Shown one piece after another: positions 35,562 to 50,044 of a DNA stretch of 64,000 nt (positions are counted from its first letter, which is position 1; the number at the start of each line of letters is the position of its first letter). Origin of the DNA: Lama glama. Taxonomy: Eukaryota. Both the position numbers and the translations under genes were made by a program. The DNA is taken from assembly GCA_028534125.1 (NCBI GenBank), contig CM052829.1, positions 4,588,001 to 4,652,000 on the forward strand, given 5' to 3'. Under the pieces are notes generated by a model, which was not told where the DNA came from, made no database searches, and saw only the letters and a program-made list of their open reading frames with translations.

Positions 35562-37582
35562 CTGGTTCATGCAAACACACAGAGAGGCCCATTATTGCTC
35601 TGCAGGTGCCCCAAAAGTCCCACACGTTAGTCTAGGCATTTTTCTCTGAATGCTTGCCGGAGATGCAAGCATTGGACATTTTTACATGACCCTGCAGCGT
35701 TTTAGGAGTGGTGACCAATATACAAAAAATACAAAATCCCAGATTGGAGCTGATGAGAATTTACCCAAACTGAAGAAATCATAGAGTAAATGAAAGTGAT
35801 CATGGTTATGATGCAGCTCACAAGTCAGGGAATCTGTCTCAAATCTGCGGATTATTTCTAGAGTTTTCTATTGGACCTCCTTCTTCAAAATCCCAACACA
35901 GCACGGTCAGGAGGAGCCATCCGCTGCAGGCTAGGGGGCTGGCCCTATGAGATCTGACATGGGCAGACTTTGGAGGGAGAGGCTCAGTCCATCCCCGGGT
36001 CTTTGCTGCCTCTGTACGTGGGCATCACTGATCCCAGTGGTAGGCCATCCGAGAGTCTCCCCATCACTCTGGATGCGGCTGGGCGAGGGGGAACCGCCTT
36101 TCCGCTGTGGCTGTCCTGACCCCTCACTGAGTGTTCGGATGACAGTCATCAGTTATGGTATCACAGGGATTTTTGCCGCCACTAGTTTTGGAGTCTGTCA
36201 AAGTCTAGGCAGGCGGTCAGCCCAGGGAGGACCTGGAGGACCCAGCCAAGGCCTCGCCTCCTGGAGCCTTGAAGCGACCGCAGCGACGCCATTTAGGCTC
36301 CGAGGGCAGGGACTCCGGGGCTTGGCCTTTGGCGGCCCGGGGTGGGGAACCAAGGTCTGGGACGCCTCACTCCACACAGCGCCCTGGGTCTCAAACCGCT
36401 TGGATAAGAAATTGCTGACTGCCTTCCACCGGTGAAACCGCCCAAGTGAGTGGGGGTCTGACCAAAACAGGAGACCCTTTGCCTCAACCCAGACTATTAA
36501 AATGTCACTACTTTTTTCTCTAATCATGGATAGTACGTGCAAGTTGCATTTCTCTCACAGATTTCCTCAACACCATTTATTCTCCCAGCAAGCTAGTCAT
36601 CTTTGTGCCTCTGCTGACGTCACCCTACCTTCTTTCGGATGAAAGGAAAGAACCACAGGGTGGGCGGAGAGGCCCAGGAGGGAGAGGGTGAGCGCTCAGG
36701 CTGTGGGATGCCGTGGGGCAAGCGGCTGCCCCTTGAAAATGTACACGTGACCAGATTAAAGTATTGATGCTATTCAGATTTCACATATAGCTCCAAAATG
36801 CTTATCTTGCCCAAATGTGAACATAATACAGGGGAAAAATGGTATTTCAATCCTTTTTCCCCCAGTTATTTTGGGCATTTTTGAAAAGATGGAGTAATGG
36901 CTCAGACCAGTAATAAAGGTAACAATTACAGTCCCACACAGCATAGATAAGCTGTTCTTTTGCTTGATTTTTCTGGAAACTTATTAGAGAAATAGCACTG
37001 TCTTCTATAACATAGAGAAAATACATTGCTCTCTTGATTAGCTTCTTTTGGTGGAGTTGAAGGCAGGCAGAAATATTTCTAATTTTCAAAAAGAGAAAGA
37101 TTATGAGTCACACAGCTACAGTGTGTATCAATTTTTCCTTAACAAATGAACTTAAAATGGTTTGCAAAGCGATTGTAATTAGGTGGGTTTTTCTCTTCCT
37201 CATGGTGGAAGCCGTCCTGCTCTCACGTGATAAGCTGGATTAAAGTTAAAGCTTGATTTACAGGGTAGTTGATCATCCAAAATATTCATATGTGATTGTT
37301 GTCCAGAACAAGCAAGAGATGAAATGTTTCAACAAAAGGGTTCTCACTCGATTGTTTTTCAACAACAGGTAAACTTAAAAAAAAAAAAAACCAAATCATG
37401 TAGACAAATACACACTTACACAGGTTCTTGGTTCTTTTTTCTTTGTCAAAGCTCTGCAGCATGGTCTGAGCAGAGAGGGCAGTCCAGATTGCCACCAGGG
37501 AGGACAACGGGGTGTCACTCTATGTGGGGCACTTTCCAGCAGGACATGGTTTTGGCTTGAATCAAGAGAGAAGGAGAGAGCT

Positions 37583-37589
37583 TGTGTGT

Positions 37590-37622
<33 letters not shown>
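37583..37622. repeat. (TG)n microsatellite with one interruption
   Basis: Read directly from sequence. Confidence 0.95.
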
Positions 37623-40600
37623 GAGGGGGGAGGAGGGGTGATACGGGTGACAGGTGTGAAGAAAAAATGTTATGAAAGAGAGTCCAGAGGAGGGGAGGGA
37701 CCAAGGCAACATGCTGAGAAGGGCCAGCAGGGACAGGGACAGATAACATGTGTGACAAGGGAGATCTGGAAGGAAGGTGCGTGTCAGGAGCAACTACAGC
37801 TTCCTGGGATTCCAATCGGGGCAGCAGAGAAAGGCCAGCAGGTGTCTCTGGCTCAGCGTTGAGGGCTTCTTCCCTCAGATGATAGTCCTGATAAAGTCCT
37901 CCTGGTCACGAAAGAGGTGGACACAGGGAGAAGGTGGTAGGACCAGTGTAGGCACAGCCCAGCCAAGCCTGTGGGACAAACCCCCTGGGGACACATGGGA
38001 AACGTAGTTGGTGATGGTGTTGAGCTGTGACAGCCTTGATCCGGGTCCTTATGGACAAAGATGCGTAAATTAATCACTAATAAATGGTGCCTTTTGTTGG
38101 CATATTAGTCAAAAGGTCAAGAACTGAATAGATCACGGGACAGACATATTTTCCTGATGGAGGCAGAGGGGGTTGGAAAGTCTGCACACAATGGAAAGCT
38201 TAACACACCCTGCTTTTTCCACTGCCTTCCAGAATGCTGTAATGACAAGCCACATTTTATTTCAATAATAACCTATTCTTACTTTTTAAAAAAATATTTG
38301 ACTGTAGGAGTAAGGAAACTATGCAGCTTTCCCCCTCGACAGTGTATAAACCAAATGATAAAAAGAACAGAACAGAATAAAAGTTGCTTATTCAAAAGCG
38401 AGTTGGAGTTGGAATATTTTGTGGTTGCAGAATGTGTATCACTGGAGTAGAACAAAGACCACAAAGGATCACCTCCCTTATCTGAGCGCTGTCGTGACGG
38501 GCACAGTTTTGTGCCAAGCCACGTTGAGAGGCAGGTGAGCAGTGTGGTCTCCATTTCAAAACTGCTATATTGTCAGTTTCTTTAAGAATCTGAGCCTAAG
38601 GTGATTAGCTTGAGCCCCCATTTTAAATACGTATGACACTGTTGGAAAATACACTTGTGAGAATAGGGCGCTTAAAAAAAAAAACACCACCCAGATGGTG
38701 ATGTACAATGGTCAGTTCTGATTAGGAAGATGGCATTTCAATTCAGGAAGCCAGGAGTCTCTTTAACGTCCAGGAGCTAGAAAGATACATGGGTGATGGA
38801 GAAGGTACGTTTTATTTATAACCAAACAAATAGGACTGTAATGACGGTTTAAACCAGACTTCGCATTTCTGAAGGGATGATATGCACATGGGCCAGAACA
38901 AGGGCTCTCCCTTCTCTTCCCAGAGATCCTTGAGTGCAGGAGGCAACCAACCAGTGCTTGAAAGTTGTTCTTGGTTAGGGGTTATTTCAAGTACAGTTAC
39001 TGTTCTGCACGTTGAAGTGGTTTTCATTATGCAGGCAGTATGTTTACGCATGTGCATACTCCTTTCCTATCTAACCCCCGTCAAACAGTCCTAACCTGCA
39101 TTCTTTCCCTTTCTAGATGCCATTTTGGTCAGCACTGGGGACACGTATATATCCCAGTCTGGTGTCTGTCACTGGCAGCGTTTCAGCTCATCATAGTGAA
39201 GTGACCATCGTGACACTAGTCACCCAGGGCCCCCGCAAAGGAGGCTGCATCAGATGCGCATACATTTCACATAGCTACACATCTGCAGTGCAGTGGACGT
39301 GGGCCAGCAGCAGATGCCTATCATGCAGAATTTTGATTTTTGCATTTTTGCAATTTCTAGACTGTGGAGAAGCTTTATTTTTTTCCTTTCTTTAGTTACT
39401 ATTATTACAGGAAAAAGGAAAAAAACCAAAAGCAAAGTGGAATAAAGGACACTTTTGGTGACGAGGGCATGGTCTTCCAGAGTTATTGCTGAGGGTGGCA
39501 CCGACGGCATCATGTGGCTGTGTTGAAGGGTGATGTCTTTGTAGGCTGAGCACAGCGCCAGGTACTTCAGGGGAATGCGATACAGGGACAAAAGGCCCTT
39601 GCCTTCGGGGAGCTTATCACCTGGGGGAGCCTAGCTGGCCGCCGTCCCTCCGGGGTGCAGTGACCACGCCTGCCTGCCGGGAGAGCCAGTGCAGGAGGCC
39701 TCGCCCCTGCTGCTAGGGCTGCCCCTGGAAACTGCCCTGAAGGAACTCGGTCTGTGTTTCAGTCAGACGCTCAAGCCCTCGTATCTTAGCACAGGAAGAG
39801 CAGCGGGAGAACGGGTGTTCAGCCATGGGAAGCTTAAGGAGCCTACATTCAAATTTGGATCTTTTTTAATTCCAATGTTTTTGATAAATACTCTTAAATG
39901 TTAAATGTATAGATGCTGTTACATGAACAGTAATAAACAAAGAAGTTACTGGGACATGAAAGCATTATTTCAGGCATCGGAAATGTAAAACACGTCATTG
40001 CTGAGCGCGGGTTGCTCAGCCAGCACACTGGAAGAATTATTCAGCGGGCACCGAGGGATGAAATAATTGATAACATCTACCTATACTTCCGATCGAGGCT
40101 AAGACGATCAGGAGGCACGATGTGGGGAGAAAGAGTGTTTCCGCTGGCTTTGTGGCTCCCAGCTGGACCACACCGCGGAGGGGCGGGGGTTTGCCGGAAG
40201 GAAGGCGCCCCGCCGGCCTCCACCTGTCGTCCTGACTTGGTGACTTGGGTGCCTTTCAGAACGAAAGAACCAAACATTCTTAAAGGAAAAATGAGCTTGG
40301 GAAACTCAATGACAAGCCACCTGAGTGAATCAGGAAACGATCAGGGATGACTCAAGTGACGCCCAGACTACCGTAACCAGCCTTCCTTCACGTGAAATAC
40401 TGCCTGAAATTTTGGAAGCTCTGAATTTGTGACGTAGCTCGTCGTGCTCGGTAACCACAATGGCTCACGTCACCTCTAAAGTGTGCAGAGGCCCTTTAAA
40501 CAACTGGGGAAAGAGCAGCTATTGCAACAAACACGAGGACAGCCTGGCGGCCCAGCATTCACCGCAGCCTGTGGCAGCACCTGGCAGTGAGCTGGGCAGA

Positions 40601-43600
40601 GCGGCTCCCTCAACGCACCCAGGGCCTAACGGCAGCTGTAAAAGCAAGGCTGTGAGATAAATCGCTGCTGACGCGTCACGGTTTGGCTGCACCCTCCTTT
40701 GGTCTACCGCTTCCTTCTCTGGCCATTTGTGTGTGGGCTCTGATGTGCTGTCAAGTGTGGGCACTTTGCATACACGGTATTTGAACGTGAATCCAGGCCA
40801 AGTCCAGCCCGAAGCTTTTCTCAGCATGAGAGCATCCATCAATATAAAGCGACTTGCAGAGAACACACCTGTCCAGCAGCTCCCCAGGTGAGCTGCTGGC
40901 GAGCTCGGCTTGGAGCAAGGACTCTGGTCCTTCGGTGTGTACCCAGCCAGGTGGGGGCAATCCCCCTTAAGCAATGCTGAGTGGAATTGAAAAAAACACT
41001 AACAGAAGAAACTAAATCATTTCTTTCCGGATCAGAAAAGGCATTTTTTTGGTTCCTCAAATGCTGAACTGAAACACTTCAAAAGATTTAAAGCTGAACT
41101 GAAAGAAGTTTTACCTGTCAAGACCTGTCACCTGGGAAGTCACCGGTCACAGCAGTGTTCCCTGCCTGGGTTTCAGTGATGTCATCTACTGGGGAAAGAA
41201 AGAAAGCCCTGGGGGCCTGCATTTAGGTCCTGGTAGGGGTGTGTATATGGAATCTACTGCAAACGTTATTGTTAAAAGGTGTTTCTTATCACATTAAATC
41301 ATCACAGATTTTCTGTTGGATGATTCTGAACAATTTTTCCCTTTGAGTTTAGTGGATTTAGCAGCTATAAGATGGAGATGATCCCCAAACAGTAATTCCC
41401 TGTCCTGCTAACAGGGCATTTAAGCAGACATGTTAGTTTTAGTGGAACAAAACTAACATTTTCCAAAAGACATTTATAAAAAAAATGACTCTTATCATTA
41501 GAAAAAAATTCATTAAAAAGATAATTCATAATATATACAGTTGCTTTGAGTTTTTTTTTTCTCTTTTTAATCTGAGTCAAGAAAGGGAGAAAAGACACAT
41601 GGATGTATTTTGTCTTTTAAGGAATTTTTCAGTTTAAGACCTACATTAAATTGTCAACATTTGTTTTGCCAGAAATATCTGTTTATTTGGGGTTAGCTTG
41701 GGCTCAATTTACTTTATAGAAATAGCACTACCTGTTTTGGAATAAAGGGGCTTTGGTCCCATAAAGTTTGGAAAATTACAGTGGAAACAATTGTGAATTC
41801 CAGTCGGACTCTTTCTGGAGATGAGGGAAGGGAGGGGTGGGGACGAGGGGGAGACAAGCTAGGACAAAATTCATTTTCTACACTGAATAAGAGAAGAAGC
41901 CTTTTGGGGAGATGTTTTGAGCTGATCTGCTTTTAGAATCCCAAAGAAACGCTTTTTTTCACTTTCTTCTTTCAGCTTTGCTACGTTACTTTGAGGAGAC
42001 TCATTATTGTTCCTTAACGATAACGTGTCTCCTCGTTCAGAATTCTGCGTGGGTCCCTGCCTGGCCCAGGCTCAGTCACGGCCTCCGTGGCTGGCTTCAT
42101 GTTTTCTTGGAAAGTGGTGGTTCTCCTCATACCCTTAAGTCTGACTGTACAATGGCTATTTCCAGAGTGTTGGCTCATGGCGGGTGTGAATCGAAGTTGC
42201 AATGGTTTTGCAACCAAAAACTTATAATAACCAGAGCATATGTCATGCCAGAGATGCCCAAGGGCTTGAACACTCCAAGTCTCCTCAGATCTTGTTGGCA
42301 TTAATGAATTCACAAGATTTCTTTCCTCTGAAGATAAAAGCTTTCAAGCAAGACCTCAATTCCCAACTAGATGTCTGTCTCTCTCCGTCTCCTTTTGACA
42401 CTGGAGCTGGGTGACCAAAGCAAGAGGTCTCTGAGCCATCACAGTTTTGAAAGCTCAAAGAAAGGTTTTCATCTCTCAATGAGGGCAGTGATCACCTAAG
42501 AAACTGAACAGATCATGGATCTTGGCCCAATTGTCAATTAAATATTTAAATGTTCCTCCAGATAGACAATGAAGATTTCTAAACAATTACCATTTTCCAA
42601 CTGCAAAGTGGATTTGTTCTGTAGGAAATTAACAATGGTGACATTGGAGTGTTGCAATATAGTGGGGAAAACATTGACTTTCAAAGGCAAATAACTTGGC
42701 AATATACTTTTTCAAACCTCAGTATCTGCAATGTTCGATAACTCACTAGATAGTTAACTACGGACAAGTTATCTAATTTCTCTGAATCTCAGTTACTGTC
42801 CTTGTATAAAGAAGGGACTGAACTTTGATTCCTACCCAACTTAACATTACCTTATATAATATCACAACACAACTTTGGGACAAGATTTGGAAACGATGGT
42901 TAGTCAATTGATGTGTTCTGTTTCAGCTGAAAAGATAATTGCAAAGCAACTGTATAATTCTTCAAAGTAAGCCACAAATCTCATAAGCATCAAATTCAGC
43001 CTTCAAATCAAGTTCTAAAAAAACCCGGAAGGACCAATGTTCATATAGTTAGTTCTAGTTTAGAAAGAGAACACTGTCAAAATCTCTAATTGTTGACGCG
43101 CTACTAAAATTATTCTATTCTGCTACTTCAATAAGTCTATATAGATTTTAATTTATTAGAATAAAGACCAAATATATGGGTTGATTTTTTTTATATCCAG
43201 TTGACAATAATTTGCCTAGAAAAAGGCAAGTTAGGTTTATCTCTGATTACTGACTATTTTGAATTGGAAGTTATACTGAGAGAAATAGGTGGGTTCACCA
43301 GTTTATCCGTCTACAAGATAATCACGACAGTAGGTTTGGCGGCCACGGAATCAAGCTGAATTCAAAGTTGTGAGGCGGAAGCGTATCCCTTTTCTTGTTG
43401 GCCAACATGGCTCAATGAACAGACGGTGTCTAAAAGAAGCAGAGCCTTCAAGTCCAGCTCTCGTTCTAAATCTATTCCCTGCTGGCTTATCTCCTGGTGG
43501 AGTAATAATAACAATCATGATACCAGCATCGTGCCATTTAAAACTAAGAATAGCCCTATGAGCTGGATACTATTACTGTCGCAGCACAGAGGAGCAAACT

Positions 43601-44739
43601 GAGCTTCAGGAGCTGAAGTCACTTAGGCGAGTGACACGAGCCGTCCGGGACTCTGGGACGTGCGAAAGAGGAGCTGTGGGAGGCGTGGCGTCTGCTGAAG
43701 TACAGCGAGCTGGTGATGGAAGATCCAGACAGAGAGGTCCAAGCATCCTGTGTCAACACGGGCGGGCACACGGCAGCAGAAACTCTGCCTTCCTAACTGA
43801 ACCCCAGGGAGAAGGAACACCATCAGGAGAGAGGGTCCCGGTGAATACACATCGAGGGAGAGATTCTACTCCCTGCAAGCAATCAATTCGTATTTCACAG
43901 GGCAGCAAGCTGTTCATCTTAGCTTCATTTTGATGATACAGACTATCATGTTATCTTTCCTTCTTTATAAGTCCTTGAAATAATGACATCATTTACCAAA
44001 ATCAAGGCTGACTGATTTTCAGGACTTTTTTCCCCCCATGTGGTATAGTATGTGAGGACTACAGGAAATTCTAGGATTAACTTCACGGTCCATCCCTCCC
44101 CCCTTTATGAGCACTTATGACTTATTTCTCGCTCTGTAGGTATCAGCTGTGCAGCCTTACAGATGAGGAAATCAGAAGGCTTTAACGTGCACAGGACAGA
44201 AAAGCAGCCTGAGTGCCACCATCCTGGGTGCCGTTGCTACGTGTGGAAGGTACCCCGGTAAGTCAGAGCAGAGGTGCTGGGAAAACCGGTAACTGCAGAA
44301 CAGGAGGAAGAGGGCGAGAAGGTAAAAAGCAGGCATCTTGTAGGTATCGGATGGTCTGTGTATATCTTTTAAAAGGGCCAAAGGGAAGTTTATGAATCAA
44401 CGTTCAAGGATCCCCTGGGCCCATGAAGACCAGGGGAATCTCTAGAGTTCCTTCCAGAAGGTGTATCTTAAGATTCTTGGTTAGTCCTTGGTGGAACCTA
44501 ATGCTGTGTGGCGGCCTGCAAGTGGCCCCAAGAGGAAAGTGCTGACTCCACCAGTAGTGCGAGCCCTGACTCTGGGCTCAGGAGACCAGCGTCCTCTCTG
44601 GATCGTCCTTTCTGTGTTCAGTTTGCCACTGCGCAGTGCCGGTGAGTCCAGGTGATAAACCCAGTTACGCAGCTTCTACCTGGCCCACCCTGGGTTGTAG
44701 TAACAGTCGATTTGGTTTCTCAAACTCTCTTCTTCCTAA

Positions 44740-45290
44740 TATGCCCTCAGATTAACTTTCCTAATCACCTTCTCTCCTGATTAAGAACCAACATTCCCAT
44801 GTTGGCTGATGGATCAAATTCAAGTTCCTGGCCGTCTGGGCCCTCTGCATCTGCTCTTCCTTACGAAGTTAATCTTGAGCTATTTTGCTCCTTCCGAACA
44901 AGAGCTTCTGCTCCACTCAGACTAGGATTTCTTTCAAACCCCAGTGTGGGCAGGTTTCATCCACGTCTTTAAAATTTCCCATAGGAATATGCACCCCCCT
45001 CCCTCTGGGTAAGTCCAACCGCACCCTTTTCCAAGGCGAGTCTGGGATTTGCTCCCTCTGTGAGGTTGCTCCGCATCATCTGTCCTTCTTTTGAATTCCT
45101 GGAATGACTGGTCGGTAAGCTCCACCTCACTTACATATCACTCTAGAACCCTCAGGAAGTGTTTTATGTCACTAGTTTTCCTATATTTTACCGCCTCCTG
45201 AAGGACAGGTTCACACCACTTATGTAATAAACCTTGTTCATTGGCATCAACAAATTGAATGTTTGTAAAAGGGATGAATGAATGAATAAA
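44740..45290 (+). mobile_element. L2 LINE 3' fragment
   Basis: Pyrimidine-rich L2-like body (GGATCAAATTCAAGTTCCT..) ending in the diagnostic tail GATGAATGAATGAATAAA. Confidence 0.6.
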
Positions 45291-48200
45291 TTACTATGTG
45301 TGTTTACTGAATCCAGATACAATATAAGCAAATTCAGTTCCAAATAAATTGTATGTTAAATGTCCATAATTTATCTAATTCACATTCTTTACTTACCATT
45401 TACAAACCTGTGGGTTCTTATCCATGGAGATAGAATTTACATGGATTCGGAAAGGCCGAGTATAACTATACACAGGGTCCTCCATCCCTTTTCCAAAATC
45501 CTCCTTGATTTACTTGGATTACCCTTAAATTTGAGAAAACTTTCTTTTTCCCACAGATTATCCTATTTCATTGAATACCTAAATTTTGTTTAATATCATT
45601 CCTTACATAGCTAAATGGTAATTTTCAGTCAGGCAAATAAATGATTTCAATTGGAAAGGAATTATTGCTGCTTTTAGGAGTGATACAAACCTACTGGAAA
45701 TAATTTTACTGCTTTTCGACTAATGCTGAAAACTTTAAAAAATGGGCCAGAATGACAGCTGCTATCATGGTTTTCCACTTCCAAGAAATATTAATGATAC
45801 AAACCATTTGTTGTTCTAAATTTTTTTTGGCAATTGAGTTACAAATATGAAAAAAGAAATCTCTGATTTCTAACAAGTTTTCTCGGCAAATGCAGTAAAT
45901 TATGGGGAGATGTACTTCTCAAATTATCTTTGTTAGAACTTTCATCTTTATAATGAACTCAGAACTCAGAAGCCTGCATGTGTCCTCTGGTGATCGCCAT
46001 CACAACAAAGTCTGGTTACATCGTTTTAGACGAATAGCTACACAGACGAAGGAAAAGACCTTCCTGGCCCTGATGGACCCTTTGTTCCCCTGCAGAAAAT
46101 AATTAAATAGATAAACACACTAATGATGCTTCCAGTGAAAAAAACACATCAACCATTTCTGCACATCAAATGATTCCTCGATTATCTGTGATTTATCTCA
46201 GCTAAACTCTCTACTCTTTGAAAATTCTAAGATGAATTATTGGGTACAGAATCTAATAGTTTTCTAAGCCATTAGCTGGAAATTTTATTGAGTGAAATTC
46301 TTGCTCATCAAATGAGCTCAATTAATGCAAAAATAATATATTTAATGAACAAATCAAAGCAATCTGTTGGGCTGAACTGAGTTAACTGCTGTATAAAAAG
46401 CTTCAAGCCTTTTACAACTGTTGCAGTTTAAAATAACCCTGCAACATCTTTCAAAGCTCTGACTATCAACTTTTATCACGTCTACACTAGTTAGTTAAAT
46501 GTGGCAGGAGACCTCCACTTTGCCACCAGCTGTATTAATGCAGAGCACAGCCTGCAAATATTCAAGTTCTCCTAACTCCATTTTTACTAGTGTTCTGGGT
46601 TTTGCTAAAGTCCAATCAGAAGTTTGGTGGTGTGGTAAGGAAAGGAGAGTTATCTAAATTGTGGGGACAAAATGAAAATGTGGCCATTTAATCTGCCATA
46701 GCAGCAAAATTGGGTTTGCACAAGAATTGAAACTAAAGCTTGTCGGAAATGCTGACAGGTGAAACATGCTGAGTTTTGATACTTTTGAGTAAAGACTGTT
46801 TATTTGCCTGTGTTGCATTTTTATCTCTGAAAATTCCTCAGTTTAGTGCATACAATCACTTTCCTCTGAACCAGGGTTTGAAGAGTAGGTGAGTCCTGAC
46901 GAAGCCAACTGGGACCAAACAAGAGCATCCCTAGGGGCCAAGGCCGTGGGCACATCAATGTTCGTGTTGGGCCAAACAGCCTTGCATCCAGCTCCACGGG
47001 CCCCTCAGCCTGCTACTGAATCTCTGGCTGAAGCAGGTTTAACAACATCTACCTTTAAGGATCGGCACGAAGACAAAATCAGAGAATACAGGTTATGTCT
47101 TTACGAATATAACACACTGATAAATTTTGACAGTAATGACTGTGGTGTCTGTGATGTCAGTGCCCCAGCCCCCGGGGAGCAGTAGATCATACTGAACTTC
47201 CTTTGGGCTAGGACAGGAAGAAGAGCCCACGGGACGCCACGGAGGAAGCTTTCTGCTTGTTCATTTATAAAATGGGTTCGTTCTACAGCCCCAGAAAAGG
47301 AGCAGAGGTGAACTGCTTTATCTTCAAGTTCTGCAGGAGAGAGTATAGTCAGCCATCTGGACTCACTGCGAACATGGAGCTGCCCTGCTGGGGACGTCTG
47401 TCACCCAGGCGTACTTTGTTGTTTGGTCTAGATGGGCTCCTTGGATCCTGCCTGCGTTATGGTCAAGGAACTTGGTTGCAGAACTTTATAAGCGAACGAT
47501 TTATGGAGTAGGCTTACGCTCAGCCCTCGGCTCCCCTTCTCCCCAGGTGGAGTTCAACGCTGGTGTCTAAAGGATTGGGGAGAGGATCGGTTATCGTCCT
47601 TCTGCAAATGGCATGAGTGGCTCTGGCTTCCGCAAAGTCCTGGCTTTTCTACTTTCAGGAGCACAGTTCACGATTAGCCAGTTCCCTAGATGGCTGGCTG
47701 GCTGTGTGAGATGCCGTCTCTGTAACCCAACAGGAAAAAGTGGATTTTGTTTTTGAACGCACACTTGATCCTTGTGTCTCAAATCCCATGAGGTCATAAT
47801 TACGTAGCATTCCTATGAGACTTCATATTTGCAAAATAATATATATTCAGATTTCCTGATTGTGTGTTTTGAGGCAGTAATTGGCACTTAATACATACTA
47901 ACAACGTGTTGTAGTTCCCAGCTTATATCAAGCAAGTGGCTGAACTGATGGAGGGAAAGAGAGAAGTCCTTGCCTATTGCCGACTGCAGGTAAGAGCGAG
48001 GCGGGAGAGGAGATGACAGACCAGAAGGAAGAGCCGGAGCGTGTTCTGGCCCATGTCCTGTCCCTGCAGGACGACTACTGAGATGAAGACGTTTAGGAAG
48101 CTTGCTCTCCTACTCCTTCTGTTTTAGTTAAAATCACTCCCCCCCACTTCCTTCACTGCACTGGCTGCTACTTTGGCCTCTGAGCTCCCCAAAGCCCTCT

Positions 48201-49464
48201 CTCCTCCTCTAAACTCTTCAAACCATGAACTTGGACCCCTTGGAATGATGGTGGACCTCAGCTCCCGCCCAGGCCAGGTTCTCAGATCTGACATTTGTGC
48301 AGTAGACGTGGAGCAGACATCCTGGCATGCAGGCACGCTCGCTGACGTCCGCCAGGCTGGCTCCTGCTGGACCAGGTCTGGACGAGGAGACACCTCCAGA
48401 CTGATGCAGAGACCTGGACCTGGGGCCTTTCATCCTGCAGCCCCCGAGGCCTCTACACAAACCATCCCTTTGAGTTCTAGCCTCTTGGAATCCCATCTGA
48501 GGAGGAACACGCCCGTCCACATGCTTCTCTGGGTAAGATCTACATTCTTGGATTTGAAGACCTGCCACGTGGTGGCTGTTTGTACTGTTACAGAGACGTC
48601 TGGCTCATAGGAGTGGCTCCAAGGGTGGGGAATGCAGGAGTCAAGGGAGTCTGGCTTGGGAAGTGTCTGTGGACAGACAATGTTCCCGGCCTTGGGGATG
48701 ACATCAAGTCTTTCACCTGCCCTCCCTCCTCCTGGGGCGGCCCTGCTGTGGGGCTGGGGTCACACACAGGAAGTGGGAGGGCAGCTGCTGGACCAGTGGC
48801 AGAGCCTCTCTGCCCCCCACCGCTGCCCGCCGGGGGCTCACACCCCATTTCCATGGGCCCAGGGCTGGCTGCCCCATTTGAGGACAAGAGGAATGTAGAA
48901 CAGAGCAGGAAATCAGGAACCAGGTTCTAATATGAACTCAGGTGTAGTCGTCCAAGTTCTGTGATTCCAGGAAGGTCAACCGTGTGGTGGTCCGGTGGCC
49001 GAGGGTGGAGTGGAGAACTTGGGGGTAATGGTCCGGGGGGAGAGGCAGATGCTCACACCCCAGGAAACCAATGATGGACACGAGTACCTGAGAGAGTGAG
49101 GCGTCCCAGCAAGGAACGAAACCAGGTGATGTGGCAGAGAGGGCTGGGAGGGACCACCCCTGGCAGGTGATCAGGAAGGTCTCCCTGAGAAAATGAAATT
49201 TAAGCTGCGACTCGAATGCTGAGAAGCAGCCGGCTTTGCAACCAGCAGCCTGGGAAGGAGAAGCCCGCAGAACAGCAAAGGCACAGAAAGGCCTTGGGGT
49301 TGGAACAAGCTGTCATCAGAGAGCGTGATTTCACCCAGTTACCACGTTCCTTCTTTTCAGCACTGATGATACTGCACAGGACTGCGATTTTTAGTGACTG
49401 TTCAACAGCTCCGGGGCTGAAGGAGTGTGAATTACGTAGCCGCCCTCTAGTTAGGGACATTAAG

Positions 49465-49940
49465 TCTCCTTCCAGGTTTTCACAGTTTCAGGTAATGATG
49501 CAATAAACATCTTTGTGCCTACAATCTTTAGTTCTATTATTTCTTTGGAATAATTCTCAGAAGGGAGTTTACTGCTTCAAAGAATATGAACATTTTGTAG
49601 TTATTGGTGTGTACACACACACACACACATATATGTATACACACATACATACACATACACACATATATAGCCAAATTGACTTTCGGGAAGGTTATGCCAA
49701 CTTATAATGCAACACGGGAGCTTACCTGTTTATCACAGCACAGGATGTGATGAAAATTTTGTTCTCTAATTCAGTATATGTAAAATGTTAGTTTAAGGTT
49801 TCTTTCACTAGCATTTTTCTAATTATTAAAGAATGCTAACATTTTCCACTGCATATATACATTTTTTTGCTACATGTATTTTTTTCCCTTATAAAAGTGA
49901 CTTGTTCTTATCTTTAGCCTATTTATTTATCAGGTTTTTT
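49465..49940 (-). mobile_element. Ancient L1 fragment containing a (CA/TA)n microsatellite at ~49613-49668
   Basis: TTCCAGGTTTT..ATGCAATAAACATCTTTGTG..GCCAAATTGACTTTC..GGTTATGCCAACTTATA; the microsatellite is read directly. Confidence 0.55.
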
Positions 49941-50044
49941 TTTTTTATAAGAGAAATAATGTCTCCTAACATCCTGGGGAGAAGGGAGTGGACAGATCTC
50001 TGGAGTTAGATTTTTCTAGTGCACAAGGGTCTCCAACACTCATT

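Noticed and set aside
35562-35625. N-terminal part ([21 protein letters not shown]) of ORF 35401..35625
   Set aside because: Intronic read-through upstream of the PACRG splice acceptor; not PACRG-like, and the start codon is not ATG.
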